In this document: positions 36,940 through 49,100 of the stretch, piece after piece
Layout of the letters: each line of letters opens with the position of its first letter
Numbering within the stretch: the first letter of the stretch is position 1
Assembly (NCBI RefSeq): GCF_964355755.1
Contig: NC_092672.1
Span: 36,586,437 to 36,650,436, forward strand
Reading direction: 5' to 3'
Origin: Antedon mediterranea
Lineage: Eukaryota; Animalia; Echinodermata
Length of the DNA: 64,000 nt
Translations under genes and position numbers: made by a program
Notes under the pieces: generated by a model
The model's input: the letters and a program-made list of their open reading frames with translations, nothing else
What the model was told of the DNA's origin: nothing
Databases searched by the model: none

Positions 36940-39900
36940 TGCCCAGACGCAAATAATGTGTTCTGCGCATGTTACCTCAATATTTTGACAAGTCGTCGAT
37001 ATATTGGCTATTTTCCAAAAAATGTGCAATATTCATGCATATTAATTGGATTCAAAAAAGGTCGAAATTTGGGTGATTTTGCAAAAAATCCCTGTACTAT
37101 AGTACAATTGTCATTGTCATTGTCATTGTCATTGCCGATTTTCGACCCTTTTATTTTTTTACATAAATGGTTACTATTGCATAATAAACATGCGCAGAGT
37201 CGAATAATGGGTTCTGCGCATGTCAATTGTGCTATCATAACCATATTTGACATAAATGGTTACTATAGCACAATTGACATGCGCAGAACCCATTATACGA
37301 CTCTGCGTATGTTTATTATGCTATAGTAACCATTTATGTCAAAAGTGGTTACTTTTGACATAAATGGTTGCTATAGCATAATAAACATGCTCAGAGGCGA
37401 ATAATGGGTTCTGCGCATGTCAATTGTGCTATAGTAACCAGTTTTATCGAAAAATAAAATGGTCGAAAATTGGTCATTTTTTGAAAAATCCTTGTGCTTA
37501 TAGTACAGGGAAATTTTCGAAAAATTGCTGATTTTCGACCCTTTTATTTGTTGACATAAATGGTTACTATTGCATAATAAACAAGCGCAGAGACGAATAA
37601 TGGGTTCTGCGCATGTCAATTGTGCTATAGTAACCAGTTTTGAGATAAATGGTTACTATAGCATAATAAACATGCCCAGAGGCGACTAATGGGTTCTGCG
37701 CATGTTAATTGTGCTATAGTAACCAGTTTTATCAAAAAATAAAAAGGTCGAAAATTGGTCATTTTTTGAAAAATCCCTGTACTATAGTACAGGGAAATTT
37801 TCGAAAAATGGCCGATTTTCGACCCTTTTGTTTTTTGACATAAATGGTTACTATTGCATAATAAACATGCGCAGAGTCGAATAATGGGTTCTGCGCATGT
37901 CAATTGTGCTATCATAACCAGTTTTGAGATAAATGGTTACTATAGCATAATAAACATGCGCAAAGGCGACTAATGGATCTGCGCATGTTAATTGTGCTAT
38001 AGTAACCAGTTTATCGAAAAATAAAAAGGTCGAAATTTGGTAATTTTTTGAAATATCCCTGTACTATAGTACAGGGAAATTTTCGAAAAATTGCCGATTT
38101 TCGACCCTTTTATTTGTTGACATAAATGGTTACTATTGCATAATAAAAAGCGCAGAGACGAATAATGGGTTCTGCGCATGTCAATTGTGCTATAGTAACC
38201 AGTTTTGAGATAAATGGTTACTATAGCATAATAAACATGCGCTGAGTCGAATAATGGGTTCTGCGTATGTTAATTGTGCTATCATAACCATATTTGACAT
38301 AAATGGTTACTATAGCACAATTGACATGCGGATAACCCATTATTCGACTCTGCGCATGTTTATTATACTTTTGACATAAATGGTTACTATAGCATAATAA
38401 ACATGCTCAGAGGCGAATAATGGGTTATGCGCATGTCAATTGTGCTATAGTAACCAGTTTTATCGAAAAATAAAATGGTCGAAAATTGGTAATTTTTTGA
38501 AAAATCCTTGTGCTATAGTACAGGGAAATTTTCGAAAAATGGCCGATTTTCGACCCTTTTATTTTTTGACATAAATGGTTGCTATTGCATAATAAACATG
38601 CGCAGAGTCGAATATTGGGTTCTGCGCATGTCAATAGTGCTACAGTAACCAGTTTTGAGATAAATGGTTACTATAGCCTGAGACAACAATCAATAGATAA
38701 ACATGCGCAAAGGCGACTAATGGGTTCTGCACATGTTAATTGTGCTATAGTAACCAGTTTTATCGAAAAATAAAAAGGTCGAAATTTTGTCATTTGTTAA
38801 AAAATCCCTGTACTATAGTACAGGGAAATTTTCGAAAAATGGCCGATTTTCGACCCTTTTATTTTTTGACATAAATGGTAACTATTGCATGATAAACATG
38901 CGCAGAGTCGAATAATGGGTGCTGCGCATGTCAATAGTGCTACAGTAACCAGTTTTATCGAAAAATAAAAAGGTCGAAAATTTGTCATTTTTTGAAAAAT
39001 CCCTGTACTATAGTACAGGGAAATTTTCGAAAAATGGCCGATTTTCGACCCTTTTGTTTTTTGACATAAATGGTTACTATTGCATAATAAATATGCGCAG
39101 AGTCGAATAATGGGTTCTGCGCATGTTAATTGTGCTATCATAACCATATTTGACATAAATGGTTACTATAGCACAATTGACATGCGGATAACCCATTATT
39201 CGACTCTGCGCATGTTTATTATGCTATAGTAACCATTTATGTCAAAAGTGGTTACTTTTGACATAAATGGTTACTATAGCATAATAAACATGCTCAGAGG
39301 CGAATAATGGGTTCTGCGCATGTCAATTGTGCTATAGTAACCAGTTTTATCGAAAAATAAAATGGTCGAAAATTGGTCATTTTTTGAAAAATCCTTGTGC
39401 TATAGTACAGGGAAATTTTCTAAAAATGGCCGATTTTCGACCCTTTTATTTTTTGACATAAATGGTTACTATTGCATAATAAACATGCGCAGAGTCGAAT
39501 AATGGGTTCTGCGCATGTCAATAGTGCTACAGTAATAAACATGCGCTATCATAACCATATTTAACATAAATGGTTACTATAGCACAATTGACATGCGCAG
39601 AACCCATTATTCGACTCTGCGCATGTTTATTATGATATAGTAACCATTTATGTCAAAAGTGGTTACTTTTGACATAAATGGTTACTATAGCATAATAAGC
39701 ATGCGCAGAGTCGACTAATGGGTTCTGCGCATGTCAATTGTGCTAATATTATAACCATATTTGACATAAATGGTTACTATACCACTTTTGACATAAATGG
39801 TTACTATTATCATAACAAACATGCGCAGAGTCGAATAATGGGTTATGCGCATGTCAATTGTGCTATAGTAACCATTTATGTCAAAAGTGGTTACTTTTTT

Positions 39901-40270
39901 ATGTTTAAAACAACAACATTACACAGCTTGCTGTGCAATTAACACCATTGTTGTGCACTTGAATGGGTTTCCTATGACATAATAGGTGTTAATATGTCAT
40001 TTGATTTGAGTGAGTCTTTCATGGCATTTGTAGTTAAGTTAGTCTTTGGTGACAATAGTAACACACACTTGTAATTGAGTGGTATTTTGATTTTTAAATT
40101 TCATATTTCTAGTTAAAAAAGTGATTTTTGAAAAATGTGTCAGTTGAGTCGTATAGTACAGAGACTTTCTCGAAAAATGACCAAATTTCGACCTTTTTAT
40201 TTGACATGCGCAGACGCACACAATATGTTCTCATTTTACCTCAATATTTTGAAAAATCGATATTGATGCG
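36940..40270. repeat. Complex satellite of two palindromic monomers in mixed orientation
   Basis: Monomer A (about 85 bp): TGGTTACTATAGCA-TAATAA-ACATGCGCAGA-GTCGAATAATGGGT-TCTGCGCATGT-CAATTG-TGCTATAGTAACCA. Monomer B (about 110 bp) is centred on the perfect palindrome CCCTGTACTATAGTACAGGG. Confidence 0.9.
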
Positions 40271-41660
40271 GTCTGCACACGTTATTTTAAGTGATTTTTA
40301 TAGTAGGTCTACTGTCGGCAGAGGTTTTTTTTTGAAAAAAAAATATAAGATGACACAATAACCAGGGAATACTGTTACTGTAAAATAATGTAAACATCAA
40401 AGATAAATTAAAGACAGGGTAATTTCTTTATTAAACAATACATTAAAATTGCAGAAGAACACAGTGGTTTAATTCTTGATCAACAAGACAACAAGAAATA
40501 GAAACAAGGCCCATGAATATAGGGGAAGGCAACTTACATAATACAGAGGGAATAGGCAACTATATTAGGATTGGATATGTTACAATGCATTCATACAATA
40601 TTATACATTATTATATTATAATAATTAGTACATATACCGTATCTATTATGCTTAGAAAATTAGAAAATAACTGATTTTCTACAACTTATTTTATTTCGTT
40701 CAAAATACTAAAGTATTTATTTCTATCATTGTAGGCTTATTTACATTTGTTGATTTTTAATTTTCTACATATTCTTAGATATTATCTTAAAGTATATTGA
40801 CATTTCTTAGTGTTATTTAACAAATTGATCATCCCAACAATCAGTCCTCGTTAATCTCTCCACATGATGTATTGGACGTGAATCTGAATTTATTTCGACT
40901 TGTCTCTCCCAATAAAGTCGGGAAGATAACTTTACCATTTCGATTCCCAATAAATATTTTTAAAATAATGGATAGTTGCGTTTTAATATGTTTTACACAT
41001 GTATGTAAATATGACACTTTTATGTAAATTATCTATCAAGCATGTCGTATATTAATTGAAAGTAGTACGCATGCGCACATACAGTATCTATGCACTAATA
41101 AGGGCTCAGCCTATAATTAATTTGTAAGTATGTAACTTAGATTTCTAATGTATAAAATAATACCATAATAGTACCGTAAACTAAATAAAGAATCATTTAA
41201 TGAAGTCGTGTCGTGTAAACGGAAAATAAAGAAATAGCCGAATGAAACAAAATAAATTGGCGAAGTGCACCACGGAACAAACTTGTATTCGATGTCTGCG
41301 CATACTTACTGAGCATTCCAGTCGATTTTTCACTTTATTTACAATTTGTTCAGTAAAATAGAAAAAAAAAATCCGTGATACAGAATCACATGTAAGCCCC
41401 GCCCACCATAAGGGATCATGTTATTATTATTAAACTACAGGAGTAACTACTTTACTGCAGTAATGTATGACGTTAATAAACAAAATGAATAGTTACTGCA
41501 GTATCTGCAGTAAAATAATTTTGCCATGATCCCTAACCGAACACCTAACCTTGTTCGTAGACACAGTCAGGTCATTTCACACAGCAACATATCCTTACAG
41601 GCCTGTATGTAAAACCAACTGACTAAATGTAGTTGGTATGACGTCATATTAGTTTACTAA

Positions 41661-42053
41661 AGCGTGGTTCCCACTAGCGACGCAACACAACGACGTAACG
41701 CAACGCAAGTGAATTGACCAATCACAAGCGATGGCTTATTCGCTTGTGATTGCTAGCTGTCTATAACTTCGCCTGTCATTGGTTAAAACGCTTGCGTTGC
41801 GTTTACGTCCTTGCGTTACGTTCTAGTGGGAACCAAGCTTGTAGCTTGGTTCTCACTAGCGACGCAACGTAACGCAACCTACGCAACGTCAGAAAATTCC
41901 CTTCCGATAATTGTGTTTGCCCCCGCCTGCGTGAAATCAAACCTGTGATGTTTCCAGCATTGTTGCATCGTCCGTTCCCACTTGTGATTGCGCAATACTG
42001 CACTTTGCGTCGATACGTCGCTGCCGTTACGTTCTAGGGGAAATAACCACGCT
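41661..42053. mobile_element. Adjacent pair of family B MITEs (subtype B1 41661-41839, B2 41843-42053)
   Basis: Shared TIR AGC(G/T)TGGTTCCCACTAG with different internal sequences. Confidence 0.85.
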
Positions 42054-42954
42054 TAACCGAACACCGATCCTTGTTTGTAGACACAGTCAGGTCATTTCAC
42101 ACAGCAAAATATCCCTACAGGCCTGTATGTAAAACCAACTGACTAAATGTAGTTGGTATGACGTCTTATTAGTTAACTTAATCAATGTCGGATTGGTATG
42201 ACGTCATATTAGTTAACTAAAATATTACGTCATTGCTTAGAATAATATATATTCTACGTTCGTACAAAAATGTTACCAATATTCTTTTAATCAAAAGTGA
42301 CAAGCAGCTAACTTTCAACATGAAATAAACTCTTCCTTATCTATATTATTTATTTATTTATATAATTTTTATGAATTTTATATAAAAGTTAGAATTATAA
42401 GTACAACATAAATAACGGCGGTTTGAAATAACCAGTAATGTGGTTAGTTTGTCTTCTAATAAAAATATCCGCTAACAAATAAATCGTCTACACACAATGT
42501 GTTGTACACTTTAATTCCTATATCTTTATTATAATAAACTTAATATTAGCAAGACAATAGTAAAGTGTATACTGTTCGTGAACTCTAACAGGCGAATATT
42601 TCATTAAAAAACAATAGCACTTTAACGTTATGTAAATAAATTATTTAAATTGCACTCTTTCGTATTCGCTAAAAGAATTCAGTCGCACATAACTTCAATA
42701 AATTTCAAAGCTGAATACATCGTAAAATGTAACGTAACCATCTTAAAATTGTTGACGTCATCGAATTATGTGATTGCACGCTTATCATTTCACATGAATT
42801 AAATGATCTGTATAAATTATATATTATATATCACATGAAATGTTCAAAGTATGCATGTACATTACGCAAATTCTTAGAAACATTGTTATGCATGTACATA
42901 CACACTTTCATATCTTTCTATTTCATATTGGCACCTTCGAGTAGTTACCTTCAT

Positions 42955-43070
42955 ATTGTCTTCCCCCTTCATTGTCCCCTTCATACTTCCAACCTCAAAT
43001 GTTCCCTTCATAATTGTCCCCTTCATACTTTCAACCTCAAATGTCCCCTTCATATTGTCCCTTTCAAATT
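42955..43070. repeat. Short tandem repeat (about 40-bp unit x3) in the iGluR 3' UTR region
   Basis: ATTGTCCCCTTCATACTT(C/T)CAACCTCAAATGT repeated. Confidence 0.8.
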
Positions 43071-43119
43071 GTATCTTCCTATTAATCCTTTCAAAAAATA
43101 TTTTGCCTGAAAAATCTCT

Positions 43120-46100
43120 TCAAAATTTATCAATTGTTTCGTATTCATCAACAGGCACTCTCTGTGTTGACTAAAAATAAAAGAAAGAATTGATGACAGA
43201 TTTATCATTTTCTTAATAGAATCACTCTCAATAAAGCTCTGTCTACACTATCAAACTTTATGTGATGTGTTCATATATGAAGACGATGAAATCATATCAC
43301 TACTATGGGCACATCATTCAAACTAGTTTAATAGTGTAGACAGAGCTCAAAATCTTTTGAAAGACGGTTTTGACTTTGAGAAACCACATGAAACTGACAT
43401 TACATACTTGTTGTCTAACTAAAATTATGCTCTGAAGATGCTTTTTTACTGGCAAGATGTTAAGCTGTGATTAGTATATTGTGTTAAAGGGACACACTTA
43501 CTGCTGGTATTCCATGCTTTAGGCCTTAAAGGTGACAGAACCACAGAATCGTCATTTCGCACTACGATATGCTGAAATTAAAAGGTTACAATGTGATAGG
43601 ATTTGATGCAAGTGCTATACAGGCTGGCAAAGACAACAGCAAGGCAGTGGTGATGGCAGGCCGCGATATTTCTTTTCGCACATCAGTTGGGGACCCCTCA
43701 TGAAACGTCACAAAATAAACATGAATATTCATTAGTTATATCCATGTGTGTGTGATGTAACAACAATTCACTAAAGCTTGGTTCCCACTAGAACGTAACG
43801 CAAGGACGTAAACGCAACGCAAGCGTTTTAACCAATGACAAGCGAAGTTATAGACAGTTAGCAATCACAAGCGAATAAGCCATCGCTTGTGATTGGTCAA
43901 TTCACTTGCGTTGCGTTACGTCCTTGTGTTGCGTCGCTAGTGGGAACCACGCTTAAAGCGTGGTTCCCACTAGAACGCAACGCAACGTAACGCAGCGACG
44001 TATCGACACAAAGTGCTGTATTGCGTAATCACAAGTGGGAACCGACGACGCCACAGTGCTGCAAATATCGCAGGTTTGATTTCACGCAGGCGGGGAAATC
44101 ACAATGATTGGAAGGGCATTTTTCTTCCGTTGCGTAGGTTGCGTTACGTTGCGTCGCTAGTGGGAACCAAGCTTTATGGAAACGCTTTCTGTCGAATGGA
44201 TTAGATTATGGACTTTACATGTCGATGTATGAGGTTCGAATCTCATGAACAACTTCTTTTTACTTAATAGTGAGAGAGATTATTTAGAGGGTTAGGTTCA
44301 GTTATATTAAAGCGTGGTTCCCACTAGCGACGCAACGTAACGCAAGCTACGCAACGTAAGAAAATGCCCTTGCAGTCATTGTGTTTTCCCCCGCCTGCGT
44401 GAAATCAAAACTGCGATGTTTGCAGCAGCAGTGTTTCGTCGTCGGTTCCCACTTGTGATTACGCAATACATCACTTTGCGTCGATACATCGCTGCGTTGC
44501 ATTCTAGTGGGAACCACGCTGTAGGAAGTTGTTCGGCTATCTTTCACATAAGGGGTCCACAACTTATGTACAAAAAAAAATCGCTTGCAGGCCTAGGTAT
44601 GATACAAGGATTTTTGTTGTGACATTACACATATTTTGGCTATATTTCGCTTGACAATTTGACGTACTTTGTCTCTGATCGATATTTGTATCGGGTCATT
44701 TATGCCATGGAACAACCCTAAAGCGTGGTTCCCACTAGAACGCAACGCAACGTAACGCAGCGACGTATCGACGCAAAGTGCTGTATTGCGTAATCACAAG
44801 TGGGAACCGACGACGCAACAGTGCTACTAAAATCGCAGGTTTGATTTCACGTAGGCGGGGGCAAACACAATTATTGGAAGGGTATTTTGGCACGTTGCGT
44901 TACGTTGCGTCGCTAGTGTGAACCAAACTTAACCCTATAGATTATTATCGTTCAGAAATAAAAGCAAAACATATTAGGTTACTTTGTAGCGTTACTATTT
45001 TGAGTGGTTTAGCATTAATTTTGGTTCTCACTAGGACACAACGTAGACGAAACGCAAGCGAGTTGACCAATCACACGCGACTGTTCGAATAATATATCGC
45101 TTGTGATTGGTCAAATAACTTTGCGTTGCGTTACGTCCTTGCGTTGCGTCCTAGTGGGAACCAAGCTTTATTAGGAATAAGTAAAGCGTTGATACTTTAA
45201 TATAAGCGTGTTAATTAAATAATGTATACAGTAGCTTATATCTTAACCGATTACTATATCAGCAAACTAAGATCAAAATACAATTATAAATAAATAAATA
45301 CATTTTTAGATTAAGTATTGGGGATGATGATATCGGTTATACAAGTTTACAAATTATGAAAAATATGGAACGCCAACAAGATTATAGTAAGAGTAAGTAA
45401 AATGATGAAGCACAATTAAATAGTACAATGTTGCGATATGAAAGTGTACAGGTACATAAATGATAAATGACATAAGTAACCGTACGGTTCCTCCATGCCG
45501 TACGCGCACAATTTGTGCGTAAATTGAAATATGGAACGCCAAAAACCATGACACTGCGGAAGAAATATTATTTCCTCTATGGTGACACATAATTGTCATA
45601 TTGGCGTTTCATATTTAAATCGAGAATTTTGAAAGTGAAAAAAAATAATCAGCTGCAGTGCGTATCAATACTCACACGGGCGATTTTTAAATGACTGCGC
45701 GTGGTAGCGCGAGTACGGTATATGACGTCATTAATTGCATACGTTCAAGATGAAACAGAATGATCTATGAATAGCAATCTTGGTGTGAAAATTAAGTTGT
45801 ATTTTTAAACACAACACTGATCAACAAGTATGATTTGACCAAGGCAATCTAATTTTCTTTCTAATTTTTGTTCTTCTACTGCATAGAATTTGATACATAA
45901 AGCAAAACGCCCTTTAAGCAGAGAAGCAACGTCGTTTAAAAAAAGTTATATAGTTAAATATATACGTCATCAAGATCTTGAGTGTGATTGGCTGAGACAC
46001 GACGATCGTGCAACGTTTTATTTTTAAACAGTTTGCAGAGAGGATTACATATCTTGCACTCATTCTAGATTAAAATATAAATGCGCAAACAGAACATAAA

Positions 46101-49100
46101 AGTATAATAAACTAGTATGTAGATTGATTAAACATTAACCTAAAATGTTTCACATTGGTAAAGGCTAACGCACGCGCACTAGAAAAAAATAAATATTTCT
46201 GGCATGCGTTGATGATCTCCTTTTAAAAATCTATGAAGAACGCAAAGGTATAACAATGTGCGCAGTAGGGCTCTAAATGTCATGCGTGGTATTAAACCGG
46301 AAGTATGATGACGAGACCTAGAATGATGCAGAGACCTAGAATGATGCATGATGGTAAATACAATGGTATAAATAAACATTAAAAAAGGAACATTAAAATG
46401 TTAGGAAAATGAAAACAAAGTTAGTGTTATCATATTTTTTTATGAGTAGTATGCAGACAAAAGATTACAATGAAAGTTGAAAAAATGATGATTAAATGAA
46501 TAAAGTTGATTAGAGAGAACACTGATTGCAGGCTAGGCATTCTTACCGGACTGTTCTTCATAATGCCATTATTCCTAGGTCTTAACTCTCGCCAATCCTT
46601 AAATAAAATTTAACGTAAAATTCCAATTGTTGTACATAATCCTAGAACTTCATAACTGAGGTGGTAAATTTATTTTGAAACAGTAGTAGTAGTAGTAGTG
46701 GTAGTAGTAGTATTAACTACTACCTTCACTACATCTTTAGAGTTAGACCTACACTATAGTCAAGAGATTGGCTACACCAGCAACTGAATTGTTGTTGTAG
46801 TTTGCTCGGGTTTACAAACAAAAGTTTGTTACAGTGTAGACTTTCCAAACATATTTTCAGTTTGTCGAAGTTTGTCAACTGCTTTACACTAGCAAACTTT
46901 ACTGAATTGTTGTAGTTTGCTCGGGTTTACAAACTAAAGTTTGCTACAGTGTAGACTTTCGCAAACTTATTTTCAGTTTGCTGACTTTTGTCAACTGCTC
47001 TACACTGTAATAGCAAACTTTAGAAAACTTTTCCTAACAAAATCGAAGTAATTTGGTCGAATTTTCAAACAATGTTTGTCCGTGAAGACTACTGTAGACT
47101 AGGCTTTAGTAATACAAGTTAGTTTGCGAGTAATGGTAAAATTAGCAAAATGGAAAACAGTGGGTAAATATTCCCATGTGACATCACAATTTACCAATAC
47201 TTACCGATTCATATTTATTGTCAAAGTTATTCCTTTTTTTGCCTTTGTATTTATTCGACGTCATGTGCTCGATTCCGACAACAACGAACGATAGCACAAT
47301 GCCCATCATCAAGATGTAGAACGCGCCAGCTATTTTGCTCAGTCCTATCTCATTGGCATTGGCATTTCTGGCAAGATTCGCAGGATCGTCGCTACACGAA
47401 CTTTCTCTTTCAAACCATTTCTTGCGCATGTCTTCTAGTTCACCGTCTTCTTGCAGCTTAAGAATACTAAAAAATGATGATAATAATAATTTATTTGGAA
47501 GTTAAACTTTTTAAACAGTGGCACACTTCTTGAATGAAGTAATTAAAATAGAAATATAAGAAAAGTAATTTAACAAGAAAACTTAAACCAAATTATGTAC
47601 AATATATAAAAGTAAAAAAAGTAGCCTAATACAGGATATAAAATTGATCAGAAACGAGAATACACAGTCGATTCTCGGTACTGCATCTCTTTCCGAAGTA
47701 TCATAGGAATATTTGGTAATACAACATCACATGTGTTTCACATGTAGTAACCTTACATGATACAGCCACCACATGTGATACAAATGAGATGATATATTAC
47801 CAAATAATCTTATGATACTTCTGAAACAGATAGTATGTGGAGATACAGCATTGGGAATCATAACTTATACTTACGCCATTGACATTTTGTCTCTATAAGG
47901 TGAGCCTTGGGCGGTAGCGATACCATACCCCTTAAGATTAAATGGTTTACCAACAGTCATTAGATCACACTCGGCCTGCTTGATATAATCTAAAATTGGT
48001 GCGTCCCAAAAGAAAGCGTAGCCCCCTTCTGATACTCGGTTATACCCTGCCTTATCGCTTTCAACCCACGGTGAATTTTCCGGCAAGTGTTCATCTGAGT
48101 TCATATAGCTCCACATAATTTCATATATACCGGTGTGTTTCCTTTTCTCAAAATATTTCTGTAAACTGCTTCCGTTTATTGTACCGTATGAAATCTTCTT
48201 TTGGTAAGCCAGATCTTCCAGAGAGTTTATTGGATTTTCCATCCGGGTTACTGTAAGAAAGGCGGCGAGATTGGCGGTATACGTCGCTATGATGATCAGT
48301 GCGAACATCCACCACGCGGCACTTAAGATTCTACCAGATATTGATATTGGAGTGTTGTCACCGCCTAAAAATCGAAATATAATTATATCTTTAAATCAAA
48401 TAGCTTGGTGTATTGGTTAGCATTGTAGAGCCTGTGTGTTTCGAAAGAAGGCAACATAATTGAATCATATAAAAGAGCAAGTTGATCAAGTTTAGGTATG
48501 CCAAATTTACAAACTTTTAATCAATTAGTAAAAATCTATATCTAAAGCTTTTTGTTATTCTAGAAGCGTTTTTTAATAAAAGCTTGCAATTTAGCATGTT
48601 CTGACGGGTATTTAAAAGCGGTGTTCGTTCTTAAGTAGGTTATAAGTAAATTAAAAGTTAAACTTGCTTATAATAATGAAGTTGATGTTTTCTCTGTCTA
48701 TCATAACATTATAGTACAACATAGTTGGAAACACATGCAATCACGGCAGATAAAAACTAGTTCTAATGTTTCTACTTAAATAATTATTATTTCTACAGTA
48801 TGATATGACTTGTTCCCGAGCATATAAACTGGACAAGGAATGAAAGAAGATGACGGAATACAAATGATGACTGATCGATAGAGGAAAATTGGTGAAGAGA
48901 AATGTATCTACGATGCAACTATAATGACGTCATTAATGTTTGGATTTGGAACCACTGAAATCTATAATAGTATTCACCATAAAAGAGTGGTGACAGTCAC
49001 TGCACGCGATAACATGCACAAAGTTTAAAAAGGAGAAAGATATGAGATTGTGATAAAAAAAATTGAGATAAAAAATGAATGAAATGAGCATGGATGCAAG

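Noticed and set aside
36940-40270. CRISPR-like array of palindromic repeats
   Set aside because: The intervening sequences are themselves repeated, with no unique spacers and no cas genes, in a eukaryotic context. The short ORFs here are repeat artefacts.
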